DNA of 64,000 bases from Scenedesmus sp. PABB004 (GCA_014905635.1 JABVCE010000019.1:372001-436000), one strand, 5' to 3'; positions 11,589 through 25,746 are shown, counted from the stretch's first letter. Numbers and translations: made by a program. Notes: generated by a model from the letters alone, not told the origin.

Positions 11589-14394
11589 ATGGCTCACGCT
11601 GCGTGGATGGCAGTGGGATGCTGTCTGATGCTGCTCTGCGCCGCGGAGGGCCGCATCTTTGATGCACACGGAGCCGCGCCCCCCTGGCGCCCAGACCCCC
11701 TGGAGCGCAGCGCGAGCCGCGCGCTGCTGCAGACGCTGTCGAACTGTACAACCATAGCCAACTGCGCCACGTGCCGCAACCAGCGCGTCGCCGGGACGAA
11801 GCGGAGCGAGGTGGTGTGCGTCTCCTGCGCCGTGGGCTACCGGCTGCGCCGGGACGGCATCCTGAAGACCTGCGGTGCGCAGCGAGGGCGGCGGGCGGCG
11901 CGGGCGCGGGCGGGGAGCGGCGCCCGCCGCCGGTGACGCCCGGCCGCGCGAGCAGCGGTGCCGACGCCCGCGCCGCGCCGCGCCGGTCTGCGCCCGCCGC
12001 AGATTGCGCGCCCGGCTACTACCGTCACCCCAACGGCACCTGTATTGACTGCCTGTCCGGCAACTACTGCCTCGGCGGCCCCGCCAACGTGCTCAGCGAC
12101 TGCGGCACCGGCCTCGCGACGCTCTTCGTGCGCGCCAAGTCGGTCGCGCAGTGCAACACCAAGCCCGGCTTCGGCCGCGTGACCAGCCGCGACGCGGACG
12201 GCCGCGTCACCGTCACCGCGTCGCCGTGCGCCCAGGGGTCGTACAACACCGGCCGCAACCAGGCCGCGTGTCAGAAGTGCGGCTCGGGGCTCACCACCGA
12301 GGCGCCGGGCGCGACCAACTCCTCGCTCTGCGGTGCGCGCCGCGCCGCGCCGCGCCGCGCGGGCCGCAGCGGGCGGCCGGAGGCGGCGCGCGCGGGGCGC
12401 GCCCTCGCAGCGCGGCTCCCGCGCCGCGCCGCGCTGAACGCCTCGACCCCGACCCCCGAACCCCGCCGCCCCGCGCAGTCGCGCCGCCCGGGTCGTACAA
12501 GGACAAAGGCATCGGCAAGCGCTGCCCGCGCGGCACACACAGTGAGGACTACAACGCCGGCCTCGCCTGCCAGGCCTGCCCCGACGGCCTCACGACCGAC
12601 GGCGACGGCGCGGACTCGCCGGACAAGTGCGCCATCGTGCAAAAGGGCTACTACAAAGCCAATCTCACCACCGCGCTGCCGTGCCCGCTGCACACCTACA
12701 ACGCGGCCGAGGCCGAAGTGACCGCCTGCACCGGCTGCCCCCGCGGTGCGCACCCTCTGCCGCGCCTGCGCCGCCCCGTCCGCGCGCCGCCTCGCCCGCG
12801 CGCCGCCCCGCCCGCGCGCCGCCCCGCCCGCGCGCCGCCTCGCCCGCGCGGCGCCTCGCCCGCGCGCCGCCTCGCCTGCGCGCGGCCCCGCCTGCACCAC
12901 TGACGCCCCCCCCCCCCCCCCCCCGCGCCCGCCGCACGCCGCCGCACCCGCACGCCGCGCAGGCATGATGACGCAGGACGTTGGCGCCACGGGGCTCGCC
13001 GTCTGCCTCATCCCGCCAGGCATGGAGCTGGTCACCGACGGCAACATCACCGAGTGCGCCGCCGGGTGGTACAAGGACGGCTGGAACCGCAACAACTGCA
13101 CCTCCTGCGGCGCCGGCCTCACGTCGCCGGTCGGCGCGGTGGCGCGCGAGTCGTGCCTCGTGCCCGCCGGCTTCGGCCTCACCTCGCCCGCCGCCGCGGC
13201 CGACTGGGCCGCCGCGCCGTGCGAGCTCGGCGCATACGGCGCGGACGAGGCCCGCCCCGCGGCGTCCAACGTGCGCTGCGTGCCCTGCCCGACCGGCACG
13301 CTCACCGGCGACCAGCTCGGCACGCCGCGCAGCGGACCAGAGTATACAAGCGAGACGGCCTGCCTCGTGCGGCCGGGGTGGGGCATGACGGCGGCGGGCG
13401 CGGAGGAGTGCCTGCCCGGGACCTACAACGCCGGCCGCAACCGCGCCGGCTGCACCGCGTGCGGCCCGGGGCTCACCAGCCCCGCGGGCGCGGTCGCGCC
13501 CGCCGCGTGCGTCGCCCAGGCGGGCTGGGAGATCGTCGGCGGCGTGCCTCAGCCCTGCGACGAGGGCAGCTGGAGTGTGGAGGGCAACGGCACGTGCCAG
13601 GCCTGCCCCGCGGGCTTCAGCACGCAGCTCGCCGGCTCAACTTCGCTCGACGACTGCGCGGGTGCGCGCGCGGCTCGCGCGCGGCCGCACGGGGGCCGCG
13701 CGCCGCCGCCGCGCGCCGACGCCTCACCCCTCGCCCGCCCCGCCGTGCCGCAGTGTGCACCGAGGGCCACGGCCTCGTCAGCGGCGTGCCCTGCGCCCTG
13801 TGCAGCTACAACTCGTTCGCCGCGCCCGGCGGCGCGCCGACCGCGGCCTGCACGCCCTGCGCCGGCGGCGCCGTGTCGCGGCGCGGCGCGTGGGAGGACT
13901 CCCTCTGCATCGACGCGCTGCAGAGCCTCTCCAACGACGCCCTCGCGCTCGACCCCGCGGCGCTCTCGCCCCACGCCGCGCCCGACCACGCGACGTGCGC
14001 GGCCGACTGCGCGGCCGCGTCGTCGTCCTGCGTGCTCTATGCCTGGCGCGACGCGGCCGACCCCGCCAACTCGACCTGCAACTGGCTGCTCGAGGCCACG
14101 CCCACCGCGTCCACGGTCACGCTGGGGCTCAAAGTCATCGGCGGCGCCGACTTTGTGCTGCGCGCGCTGCCGGCCGGCACGGCCGTCGGCGCGGCGATCG
14201 GGGGCACCCCCTCGTCGGCGTCCGGCTCCAACGCGACCGCGTGCGCGGCGCTCTGCCGCGCGTCGGCCGAGTGCGAGGCCTTCACGCTCGACGCCGCCGG
14301 CGCGTGCCTGCTGCGGCGCAGCGAGCTCTCCGAGGTGGCCATGCGCTTTACAGCCGTCGGATCAAAACTGGCCAGCGACGCCGGCGCTGCCTAA
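11589..14394 (+). CDS. Secreted cysteine-rich protein with ephrin-receptor-like/GCC2-GCC3 repeats and C-terminal PAN/apple-like modules
   Basis: Signal peptide MAHAAWMAVGCCLMLLCAAEG, followed by RALLQ. Repeated CxxGxY...CxxCxxGLTT...C units (CAQGSYNTGRNQAACQKCGSGLTT, CLPGTYNAGRNRAGCTACGPGLTS). C-terminal CAALCRASAECEAFTLDAAGACLL. Stop TAA at 14392-14394. Confidence 0.85.
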
Positions 14395-15808
14395 AGCGGG
14401 ATAAACCCGCGGCGGCGCCGCACCACTCAGCACCACGAGGCTCCCACAGTGCATGGTCTGCAGCTGCCCCCGCACGCGGGGCACGTGCGCACTGTCGGCC
14501 ACGTTGCTCAGTCATTGTTTGAGGTGCGCGTTCACACGTGCTTGGATGTCAGTCGCTGTGGATGCGCGCCGCTCACCCATTCCTTTGCTGCCCGCCCATT
14601 CCTGCACCTTGCCTTTTAGTACATTCCATTGCTTCGCGGCCAACCCCCCACCACGCACCCCTCCCCCGCTCTGCTCCCACCGCAACAGCAGTGCGGCGTG
14701 TGCGTCCTCGCCTCGTGCACTGCGCGCTGTGTCTGCTCTCACGGCCGCTGGGCGCGTGCCACAAACTGCTGCTCGGCGCCAGCGACCCTTGGGGAGAGGA
14801 TGCATCGACGATACGGTCCACACTTGACTAAGGCGCACGCCAGGCTCTCATGCCACCGCACTGCTCAGCGCCCTTCCTTCCTCATCCCGTGTGCCCCGCC
14901 CAGCCCCCTTCCTTGCATCCATGCCTGCCAACGCCTGTGTGTGTGCTGCCGTTGCCGCCCCGGGCGGCACCCCGGCGCCACGGCGTTGATTGATTGATTG
15001 ATTGATCAGTGAGGGCCGAACCCATGCATCGAGTCGGGGCCGGGACCGGTCCGTCTAGGGAGCGCCTTCACTGCATCGTTTCGCGTTCCTCCCGCCGCCT
15101 CCCTGTGCTCCCTCCCTTGCCTTCTGGCCTTCCTTTTCCTTGCGCTCCCTTGCCTCCTGGCCTTCCTTTCCGTCCGTTCCTTGCCGTCGCCGGCGGGCGC
15201 CCCCGTTGGGGCTCATGGTCCCCCACCCCATGCATCCACCCGCCACGCCGAGCGAGCGGCCGGACGGTCGCGGGCCTCCTGGGTTCGTTAGTTGTTCGCT
15301 GACTGCGATTGACTGAGGGGCAGAGCCGAGAGACTGCAGCGCCAGAGAACCCAACCGTACGTGGCGGCCCACAGCGTGCGCTGTGTGTGGCACCGCCGCA
15401 ACGGGCAGGCACACTGGCGATGCGGCGGGCGCGGCGGCGGAGGGCCGAGTTAAGCCCGGCCGCCGCCGCGCCCGCCCGGACCGATTGATTGATGGACTGC
15501 ACGGCGCTGCATGGGCGCGCAAATGGGCGCACACGTGTACCACCATGCGACGCTGGCGCGGCGTCGCTCGCTGGTTTGGCTGCGCGCGCGCCCTTGCACC
15601 AGCGGGGCGACTGTTTGCTGCGTGGGAGAGTGTGTGTGTGTGCGCGCTGCGTCGAGTGCGCGACACGGGTGGGACTGGACTGTCGGCGGCGGCAAATCAC
15701 ACGAGCCCCCTCGAGCGCGGCCAGCCAGCAGCGCGTTACTCTGATCGCCAGAGAAAAAAACACTGCCGCTGCTCACGCAGCCGCCGCAGCCACCGCAGCC
15801 GCCGCTGC

Positions 15809-18800
15809 TCACGAGAGGCTGGCCGCGGCCACGCCGCCCGCGGCCGCCGCGGCCGCCGCCGCGCTGCCCGGCGCCGCGGCGAGCACCGCGACAAACGCCG
15901 CGCCCGCGGCGCCGCCGCCGGCGTCGGCGCCGCAGCCGATCGCCGCCGCCTCGCGCGCGAGCTCCACGCTGCCGGGCGGCTTCTCCCCGAGCGGCAGCAG
16001 CGGCCCGCCGAGCGCGGTGCGCAGGTACTCGGCCTGGCCGTCCAGCAGGCGTGGCAGCAGGCCCAGGCCCGCCTCGCCGCCGCCGTCGGCCGGCGCCGCC
16101 GCGTAGTACAGCTCAACCACGTCTGCGGCGGCGGCACGGGGCGACGCGCGCGCGTCGCGGAGTGCGTGCGCAGCACGGCGCGCTGGCGCGGCGCGCGCGG
16201 TGCACACGACTGCGCGCCCGCGCCCTCGCGCCCTCGTGCCCTCGCGCCCCACGCCCCACACACAGCACACCACACCACCACGCGCACCCGTGACTGTGAG
16301 CCCCGCCTTCTTGCGCAGCTTCTGGTAGCTGCGGGGGGCAGGTGGGGGCGAGGTTTGGGCAAGGGTTTAGGCGAGGGTTTGGGGTCAGCGCGCCGCCGCC
16401 CCCGCGCCCGCTCCCCCGGCCTGCGCCCCGCGCCGCCGGTCGGTGCCCCGCGCGCCCCGCGATCAACGCGGTCAACGCCGCGGTCAACGCCGCGGTCAAC
16501 GCCCGCGGTCAAACGTAACACGCACCGGTTGACCAGCTCGCGCGCGAGCCCCGCCTCAACCAGGTCGTCAGCTTGCGCCAGGTCCAGCACCACGAGCACC
16601 TCGCCGTCCCCCGCCGCGTCGACCTCGCCCGCGCCCGGCGGCGGCCGGAAGCTGCGCACGACCTGCGCGGCGCGCGGCGCGGCGGCGGCGGCGCGGCGGC
16701 GCCGGGTGGCGCGTCAGCGGGCGCGCGCGCAGAGGGGAGGGCGGGCGGGGCGCGGGGGGTGCACACGGGGGGGGGGGGGGGGGGGGGCCCGCAGCACGCC
16801 GGGCACGCGGGGCGGCGCAAAGCAGTGCGCGGGGCGCGCCTTGATCTCGCCGGGGCCGAGCGTGTGGCCCGCGAGTGTGAGCGCGCCGGACGCCTCGTAG
16901 CCCTGAATGTCGGCGAGGCTCAGGCCCTTGACCGCGGCCGCGACCTGGCGCGGCGTGGGTTCAGGGTTCAGGGTTCAGGGTTTAGGAGTCGGTCGAGGGT
17001 CGAGGTTGGAGCGCGAGCGCGGCGCAGAGGCCGCCGGCATCTGTTGGCTGCGGCGCGCCGCTCCTGTAGACCCCCTAAACCCCGAGCCCTTGAGGGCCCA
17101 CCCACCTTGCCCATGTCCTTGCCGAGGCGCTTGCCCAGCAGGCCCCACTCGGGCTCGGCGCGCAGCTCCGCATACTCCAGCGGGTCGGCGCAGGTGGAGA
17201 GCTGGCCCACGTTGAGCTCGCTCACGACGTACTCACTCAGCTCGCCTGAGGCGCGCCGAGCAGCGCCGAGTCGCGCCGAGCGCCGAGTCGCGCCGAGCGC
17301 GGGGAGGAGCGGAGAGCAGCGCGTGAGGCTTTGGGGGAGGCGCAGCGTGTGCGCGCGCGCACACACACAGCGCGGCGCAAGCCCAGGGCCCTGCTGGAGG
17401 CCCGTCCGTCCGAGCGCAGCTCCCTCACACCCTAAACCCGGACCCGTGCGGCCCCCAAAACCCCGCGCGCGCCCAAAACCCCGCGCGCACCCGTGATGTC
17501 GGCCAGGAAGTCTGGGTCTGGGTGCACCACGACCGCACGGCGCAGCGGCTGCTTGAGCGGGCGCGCGTGGCGCTCGCGGATGACGCGCCCCGCCTCAATC
17601 ACAGCCTGCATGCGCGCCACGCTCGCCTGCGTGGGGTGTGGGGGTGAGGGTTTAGGGTTGGGAGCGCGGTTCGGGGCGGGAGGAGAGGGGTCGCTTCAGG
17701 CGGGCGCGAGAGGGGCGCGAGCGTGCGGTAGGGGCTGCAGCGGCGCGCGCGCGCCTGGATGCGCGCGTCGCCCGGGCGCTCCTGCGGCGCGCGGCGGGGG
17801 CGGCGGGTGGCGCAGTCGGCCGCGCGCGGCGCGCGCCGCGCCACGGGGCCCGCGCGCGCGGCGCGCCCCCGCGATGCGCCGCGCTCGCCCGCGACCGCCT
17901 GCCCCCCCCCCCCCCCCCCCCCCCGCGCCCGCCTGCGCGCCTGCGCGCGCACCTGCTCCGCGGGCGGCATCTCGCACCAGTGCACGCTCGCCGGCACCTC
18001 CTCGCCGCCGCTGCTCTCCGCGCCGCCGCCGTCCGCGCCGCCGCGGGGCAGCAGCGCGCGGCGGAGGTTTTGGTACATGGCCTCACAGATGAATGGCGTG
18101 AACGGCGCCATGACCTGGGTTTAGGGGAGTCAAGGTTTAGGGGGAGTCAAGGGTTTTAGGGTTTGCGGGGAGGGTTTGGGAGGGGAGAGGCGTGAGGAGG
18201 CGGCGGGGTTGAGGGCTGAGGGTCGAGGGCGCCGCGCCGCGGCGGCGCAGGGCAATGCTGTTGCTGCCGCGCCACCGCGCACCGCCCCCCCCCCCCCCCC
18301 ACACACATACACACACAAACACAAACGCGCCTTGGTCACGGTGAGCAGCACGTGGAAGAGCGTGCCCAGCGCCGACAGGCAGTCGACGCGGCCCTTGCCG
18401 CCCTGCGGGCGCGGCGGCGGCGGCGCGGGGGGAGGGGCGCCGCGTGAGCGGGCGGCGAGCGAGCGGGGCGGCGCGACGCTATCGAAACCCGACACCGACG
18501 CCGCAAAAAAAAGGGGGGTTAAAAAAACCACACCACGTGCAGCGCGCGGCGCCGCGCGCGCCCTCCCCGCGCCCAGCGTCCGCCCAGCCCCCCCCCCCAC
18601 ACACACACACACACCCCCACACCCCCACACCCCACACCCACCCCCACCCACCCACCCACCCGCCCACCCACCCACCCACCCACCCACCCACACGCACGTA
18701 CGCGCACCTTGAGGCGGCGGCGATTGTAGCGCACGTACACGTTTGTGAGCGCGTCGATGAACCCCACCAGGCGCGGCACGACCGTGTACAGCCGATACCC

Positions 18801-21800
18801 CTCCATCTCGGCGCGCACAAACGCCGTGAGGCTGCGCGCCGCGGCCGCGATCCAGCGGTCGAGCACAGCGCCGCCGCCCGGCGCGCCGCACGCCGCGGCG
18901 GCGGCGTCGGAGGCAGAGGGGGCGGCGGGGGCGGCCGCGGACGCGAGCGCGGCGTCGAGCGTCGCGCCCGGGGCGAAGGCCTCGCCCGACTCGGCCTCCC
19001 AGCGGCGCACGTTCTGCACGAGGAACCTGCAGCGCGGCGCGCGGGGGGGGGGGGGGGGGCGTGTGACGGGCCAGACACCACCCCTCATGGCGCGCGCCCG
19101 CGGCGCGCCCGCCCAGCGCCGGCCTCGGTCCTGCAAGCGCGCGAGCCCAGACGACGGCGGCCACAACGCAGCATCAACAAAGCGCCCAAACCCTGCCCTC
19201 GCGCCCCCCTGAACCCTAAACCCGCCCTGCACACCTGTATGCGTTGTACCAGGGGAGAAACACGTCCTTGACCACCCCAAACACGCCCTCCTCCTTGAAG
19301 CGCAGCGTCTCGGCGCGCACGACGGGCGAATTGATGAGGTACAGGCGCAGCGCGTCGGCGCCGTAGCGGTCGATGACGGTCGTCGGGTCCTGGTTTTATG
19401 GGGCGGGGTGGGAGGGTTTAGGGTTTCGGGTGTGGGCGGGCGGGCGGCAGGGATTTAGGGGGGGCGGTGGAGGGTTGGATGATGAGCGATGGAGGCAGGA
19501 GCGGAGAGCGGCAGAGAAAGAGCGAGAGAGAGAGAGAGAGAGAGTGAGAGAGAGAGAGAGAGAGAGTGAGAGAGAGAGAGAGAGAGAGAGACAGGGAGGG
19601 AGGGAGAGCGAGGGCGAGAGAGAGAGAGAGAGCATGTGCTGGGACTTGGAGACTGCAGGGGGGTGGCGCCGCGGCGCGGCGGGCGCCGCGGCAGCCCCTG
19701 CCGCACTATGTGCCCAGGCGCGGCTGCTGCTGTGCGGTGCCGCGCCGCCCGGGGGCGCGGGGAGGACCCCCGCGCCGCGACGGGGCCACTGGCGGCGGGG
19801 CCCCACCCGAGGTTGGTGGGCGCGGCACCGGTGCTGCGTGCGTGCGCGATCCTCGCCTCGCATCCCACACAGCAAGAACCAAAAACTTGGCAGAGCACCA
19901 CAAAGATAACGCAAAAAGATAACATAAAAAACACAAAAGCAACAAATAACATCTCCACACCACGCACCGGGTAGTTCTTGAGCCGCTTGCTCATCTTCTT
20001 GCCGTCGCCGGCGAGCACGAGGCCGTTGCAGACCAGGTTTTTGAACGCGGGCTTGTCAAACAGCGCGGTCGAGAGCACCATGAGCGTGTAAAACCTGGGG
20101 TTCAAGGGGGGGGGGGGGTCAGGGGCGCGAGGGTTCAGGGGGGCAGCAGGGGTGCCGCGTCAGGGTTGCAGGAGTGGAGGCGGGCGAGGCGGCGAGCGCA
20201 CAGGCACGCCGCGGCCGCAAGCCCGCCCGCGCGGCCGGCCGCGCGCGAGCGAGGGCGCCGCACCAGCCGCGCGTCTGGTCGAGCCCCTCGGCCACAAAGT
20301 CGGCGGGGAAGTTGGCCTCGAACAGGGCCTTGTTCTCAAACGGGTAGTGCAGCTGCGATCGCGGCGCGGCGCGACGGCGGCGGCGGCGGCGGCGGCAGCA
20401 GCGTCGTTTTGCGTCGTTTTTTGCTTCGTTGCGCGGCGCTACGCAACGAACGCGCCCCCGCGCCCCCGCGCCCCGCACGCGTCTGGCTCGCCCCCGCGCC
20501 CCCTCAGCCCCTCAACCCCGCCCACCTGGCCGTAGGGCATGGAGCCGGACTCGAACCAGCAGTCAAAGACGTCATCGATGCGCCGCAGCGGCGCGCCGCC
20601 GGGCGTGGCGCTGGGCAGCTCGATGTCGTCGATGAAGTGGCGGTGCAGGTCGGTCACCTGCGCGGGGCAGAGCGGGGGCGTGTTATTTCAGTGTTATTTC
20701 AGTGTTATTTCAGTGTTATTTCTCAGTGTTATGTCAGTTGTCAAAGCATCTTTTGAGTTCGCCTGGGCACACATCGCGGTGCGCCTGTGCGGCGCGCGCG
20801 GCATGCCGCCCCCCCGCCGCACCTTGCGCCCCGCGGCGGCCTCCAGCTCGGCGATGCTGCCGATCACGCGCACCTGGGGTGGGGTGGGGGGGGGGGGGTG
20901 AGCGCATGTGAGTTGGTGGCGCAGACCGCGCCGTCCGCGCGCGCGCGCCGCGCGGTGGGGCAGGCCGCGCCGCCCCCAAGGGTGGCCGCACGCACCTCAC
21001 TGAAGTCGTCGTTGGCCCAGATGGGGATGGGCGTGCCCCAGAACCTGCGGCGCGGGGGCACGACGCGGCGGCAGGGTTCAGGGCTCAGGGCTCAGGGCTC
21101 AGGTCGCGTGTGCGTGCGTGTGTGCGGGGCGCGCGAGCGCGGCCGCGCGCCGCCCGCGCCGACGCCGCACATGCAGCGCCGCGGCCCGACTCCCGGCGTC
21201 CGCCTCTGCCTCTGCCGCCAGCGCCCCGCCCGCCGCTCACACCCCCGACGGTTGGAGCCGCTCAACCCTGAACCCCGTGAACCCCTAAACCCACCGCGAG
21301 CGGCTGATGGCCCAGTCGTGCGCGCCCTCGAGCCAGTTGTGGAAGCGCTTCTCCTTGACGTACGCGGGCACCCAGTGCGTGAGGGCGTTGTTGGCCAGCA
21401 GGCGCTCCTTGATCGCCTCCACCTGGGGGGGGGGGGGTGAGCGGGGGGACGTGGGTTGTGTTAGTTTGTCAGCGCGGGGCGTTACGTGTGTTGTTCAAGT
21501 CTGTGTTTGGCTTGGTGTCTGGTTTGGTTTGGAGAGTGATGGGCCGCGGAGCCTCTGCCGGCGGCGCGCCGCGCGCGCTGCTGCGCCCTCCCCTGCAGAG
21601 CCCCGCCCCCCGGGCGCGCACCTTGACGAACCAGGAGGGCACGGCGCGGTAGATCAGCGGCGTGTCGCTGCGCGCGCGGGGTGCGTTGAGGGGGGGGGGG
21701 GGAGCTCAAACGCCGCCGCCGCGAGCCGGCCCGCGCCGCGAGTCAGCCCCGGGCCTCCCGCTCTGGGCCCCCTGAACCTCGCTCAGACCCCCTCCACCCC

Positions 21801-24800
21801 GCACCTGCGCCAGCAGAAGGGGTATGAGTGGCTGAGGCGCGCGTGGTCGACGAGGCGCCCCGCCGCCTTGATGGCGGCGATGATCTCCTTGTCGGCGTCC
21901 TTCACGTACCTGCCGCGAGGTTTAGGGTTTAGGGTTTAGGAGGGGCGGGAGGCGGGAAGGGCAGGGTTTAGGGGGGCGCGGGACAGGGGGAGGGTTGCAG
22001 GGAGGAGATGGCGGCGCGCGCGGGGGGCGCGCGCGCGGCGCGGTGGTGGCTGCTGCGCGTGCCAGCCAGCAGCGAGAGGTTTGGCCCTGCTCCCCTCCGA
22101 TCCCCCCTCATGCGTCGGCGCGCACGGAAGGGGTGCCGGCACCCGGGGCCCCTGGGTGACTCACTTGCCGGCAAAGTCGGTGACCTCGGCCGTGAAGCGG
22201 CCGTTGAGGTCGATGGGGCAGGGCAGGCCCTCGCCCTTGGCGATCACGCCCGCGCCGAGGCACACCCTGGCGCGCGGCGCGGTGGCGGCGGCGGCGCGTG
22301 TGAGCGGCAGGGGGCGCGTGTGAGCGGCGGGGGAGGGCGGGCCAGAGCAACGACCAACTCGTCCCGAGCAGGCGCGCGGCCGAGCCCTGGCCCCTGGCCC
22401 CTGCCCCCCCCTCCCCGCCCCACAACGAACGAAAAACCCAGAAACCCAAAACCACCGCAAAGCCCCAAAACCCCCGCCGCGGCAGCGGGCGGCACCGCGC
22501 GCACCGGTAGTCGTCCTCCCCAAACGCGGGCGCCTGGTGCACCACGCCCGTGCCGCTGTCGTCGGTGACGTAGCCGTCCGCCACGACCACAAACGCGCCG
22601 CGCGGGCCGTGGTCGGCAAAGTATGGGAAGAGCGGCGCGTAGCGCAGGCCCACCTGGCGGGGTTTAGGGTTACGGGTTGAGGGGTGGGCAGGGTTCAGGG
22701 GTGGGCAGGGTTAAGGTTTGAGGAGAGCTTGCAAGGGTGGGGGAGGCGAGGTGAGGTCGGGAGGGGCGGGAGAGCGCGCGGCCGCCCCGCCGCGCCGCGC
22801 ACACGGCTCCGCCCCCACCCCGCCCCGGCCCGCACGCGGGTTTAGGGCGCAGCGGTTAGGGTTTAGGGCGCAGCGGCGCGCACCAGGTCGGCGCCGGTGA
22901 AACGCGCGAGCACCTCGAAGCCCCCCGCCGGCGCGGCCTCGCCCTCCTGCGCCGCGGCGGCGCGAGCAGCGCGGCGGGCGCGCGCGCCGGCGGCGTGGGC
23001 GGAGCTGCTTGCGCGCTCGCGCCGCCGCGGCGCCGCCGCTCGCTCGCTCGCCGCGCGCGGCAAAAACACACAAAGCACATCAAACACACACCTTGTCCGC
23101 CGCCGCGGCGGCGGCCTTCTTCTTGTCGCCGCCCTTCTTGGCCGGCTTGGGCACCGCGCCGGGCAGCGCCGAGAGGCGCGCCTCGGCCACCACGTACACG
23201 GCGCCCGTGGCGGGGTCGCGCACCTGGGGTTGAGGGTTTAGGGCGGGCGGGGGTGAGTGCGGGCGCGGTTGAGCGTGGGAGTGGGCGGGGGTGAGGGCGG
23301 GCGCATGGGGGCGCGGCTGCGCGCGGGGCTCGGGGCCGCCGCACGACCTCAACCCTCCAACGCACCCCCTCCCCACAAAACACACGCCCCAAACCACGCC
23401 CCGACCGCGCGCGCCTGCACGTAGGTGAGCTCCGGGTGCACGCAGAGCGCAAGGTTGCTCGGCAGCGTCCACGGCGTCGTCGTCCACGCCACCAGCGACG
23501 CGCCCGCGAGCGCGCCGCCCGCGGCCGCGCCGGAGGTGTCGGTGATGGGGAAAGAGACCTGGCGGGCACGGGGAGCGGGGGAGGGAGGGGGGAGCGGGGG
23601 TGGGCGGGTGAGAGAGGGGTGGGCGGTGTGTGTGGGGCGGGGAGGGGGGTGCGAGGGACGCACGGGCGGCGCCGGCGGCGGCCGCGCCACGCTCGGCGGC
23701 GCGCGAGGCTCGCGCGCGCTGTGGCACAGGACATTTTAAAAACAACAGAATAACATATAAACAACACACACGCTCCACTAAACCCTGCCCGCGCACCATG
23801 ACGGCGGGGTCGTCGACGTCCTTGTAGTTCAGGCCCGCCTCAAAGTTGGAGAGCGAGGTGGAGCAGGCGGTCGAGAACGGCATGACCTGGCGGGGGAGGG
23901 TTTGGGGTACGAGGGTTTAGGAGGAGGGTTGTCGTGGCGGCGAGGGAGGGGGTTGAGCGCGCTGCAGGAGCGGCGGCCGCCGCAGCCCAAGGGACGGGCG
24001 CAGCCGCGCCGGCGGCGTGCGAGCGGGGCGCGCCCCGCGCCCCTGAGCCCGTGCGACGCTGCTCAGCCCGAGACCGGAGCCCCAGGCCTCGCGCCCCGCG
24101 CCCCGCCGGGGCGGGGCTCACCTTGAAGCCGCGATACACGAGGCCCTTGGCATGCAGCTGCTGGAACACCCACCTGCGTGGCAGGGCGGGGGGCGGCGGC
24201 GCGTCGGCGCGCGGCGGCGGGCGGCGGGGGCTTCCCCGACCGCGCCGGCCGGGCGACACAACAGTGACAACAAAGTAACAACAAAAGTAACACAAAAATG
24301 ACGCCGTCCGTCCGCACCAGACCGACTCCATGAATGCGGGGTCGAGGGTCTTGTAGTCGTTGTCAAAGTCGATCCACCGCCCAAGGCGCTTCACGGTCAC
24401 CTCCCACTCCTTGGAGTAGCTGCGGGTGTGTGTGGGTGTGTGTGTGTGGGTGGTGGTGAGTGAGTGTGTGTGTGTGTGTGTGGGTGGGTGGGTGGGTGTG
24501 TGGGGTGGGGCGGCGGCGGGAGGGCGCGGGCGGCGGCGAGTGCTGGGCGGCGCGGCGGCGGCGGGCGCACCGCATGACGATGGAGCGGCACTCCTCGTTG
24601 TACGCGCCGATGCCCATGGCCAGCACGTCGTCGCGCGACTTGATGCCTGGGCGCGGAGGGGCGCGGGGGCGGGAAGGGGCCGGGTGGGGCAGGGTTCAGG
24701 GGTCTGTTCCGGGGTTCAGCAGGCGGGCGGGCGGCGAGGCGAAGGGCGGCGCGGCGGCGCGGCGCCGGCGCCGGCCAGGGACGGGCGGAGGCAGAGGCGT

Positions 24801-24893
24801 GCATCGCCTTGCTCACACACAAAAAACCATGCCAAAATAATGCACAGAAGTAACAACATAACAGTCATGCCCCGCACCGAGCTTCTTGTCGAT

Positions 24894-24929
<36 letters not shown>

Positions 24930-25465
24930 AAAGCGCCGCGTCACGTGGTGCCCCGTCGCGCACGCGTAGCGCGTGACGATGTCCTGCGAGAGAGCGCGGT
25001 GTGAGGTGGGTGCGGTGGGTGTGCGCGGGTGGGGGAAGTGGGCCGGCGGCCGGGCCCCCGGCGCCGCGGGCGCTGCAGCGCGCCCGCGCCCGCGCCGCGC
25101 GCCGTGCGGCACCCCGGGCGCTGCGGCGAGCGGCCCCCGTCCCTCCGGTCTGGTCGGCCGGGGTTTCGGCCGCCGCCCCCGCCGCCGCCGCTGCCCTGCT
25201 GCTAAACCCCGCCGCGCCGCACCTTGAGCGTGCCAGCGAGGATGTGGCCATAGTGGGGCAGCCCCGTCGCAAAGGGCGGGCCGTCGAAGAAGACATACTC
25301 CGGCTTGCCCTCGCTGCGGCGCAGCTGCTCGCCAAACGCGTCGAGGCGGTCCCACAGCGCCAGCACCGCCTCCTCCTCCTTGGGGAAGCTGTGCGGGCGG
25401 CGGCGGCGGCGGCGGCGGTGGGCGAGGCGCGGGGGTTGGAGCGCGCCACGGGGCGCAGCTGCCGG

Positions 25466-25512
<47 letters not shown>

Positions 25513-25746
25513 CTGCTTCTGCTGCTGCGGTGGCGGCCCGCGGTGAGGTGAGAGGGCGCGGCGGCGGGCGGCGGCGCGGCGGCAGCGGCAGCAGCGCCGC
25601 TGCCGCCCGTGCGCGGCGGCCGCCGCCCCCGCTGGCGCCGCCGCCGTGCCGTGCGAGCGCGGCGCGGCGGGGGGCAGGCCTGACGAGCGTGCGGGCGGTC
25701 GCAGGGCGCCGCACCTGTAGTCCTTGCCCTCAATCACGTCCTCCAT
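15809..25746 (-). CDS. IARS1: Cytosolic isoleucyl-tRNA synthetase, many exons
   Basis: [40 protein letters not shown] (HIGH motif); [24 protein letters not shown] and [17 protein letters not shown] (editing domain); [34 protein letters not shown] (KMSKS motif); GADALRLYL. Confidence 0.97.
16463..16513. repeat. About 12-bp tandem repeat CGCGGTCAACGC x4 in an IleRS intron
   Basis: Read directly from the sequence. Confidence 0.85.
18590..18692. repeat. (CA)n/(CCCA)n microsatellite in an IleRS intron; similar tracts at 24425-24505 and 35602-35745
   Basis: Read directly from the sequence. Confidence 0.9.
19510..19632. repeat. (GA)n microsatellite in an IleRS intron
   Basis: Long interrupted GAGAGA tract. 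Confidence 0.95.
20680..20738. repeat. 12-bp AT-rich minisatellite (GTGTTATTTCA-type, about 4-5 units) in an IleRS intron
   Basis: tgttatttcagtgttatttcagtgttatttcagtgttatttctcagtgttatgtcagt. Confidence 0.9.
21919..21940. repeat. Interstitial plant-type telomere repeat, about 3 TTTAGGG units, in an intron next to the acceptor
   Basis: ggtttagggtttagggtttagg; the sense strand reads (CCCTAAA)n about 10 nt before CAG. Confidence 0.9.
25467..25528. repeat. (GCT)n trinucleotide tract in IleRS intron 1
   Basis: Read directly; lies between the [10 protein letters not shown] exon and the SFPKEEE exon. Confidence 0.9.

Noticed and set aside
14395..15808. Hidden gene between the Cys-rich gene and IleRS
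   Set aside because: No recognisable peptide or coherent exon chain. The (TTGA)n and pyrimidine tracts fit convergent 3'UTRs.
21919..21940. True telomere or chromosome end
   Set aside because: Only about 3 units, located inside an intron of an intact gene.
25467..25528. PolyQ/polyA/polyC protein tract
   Set aside because: Lies within IleRS intron 1, so it is non-coding.
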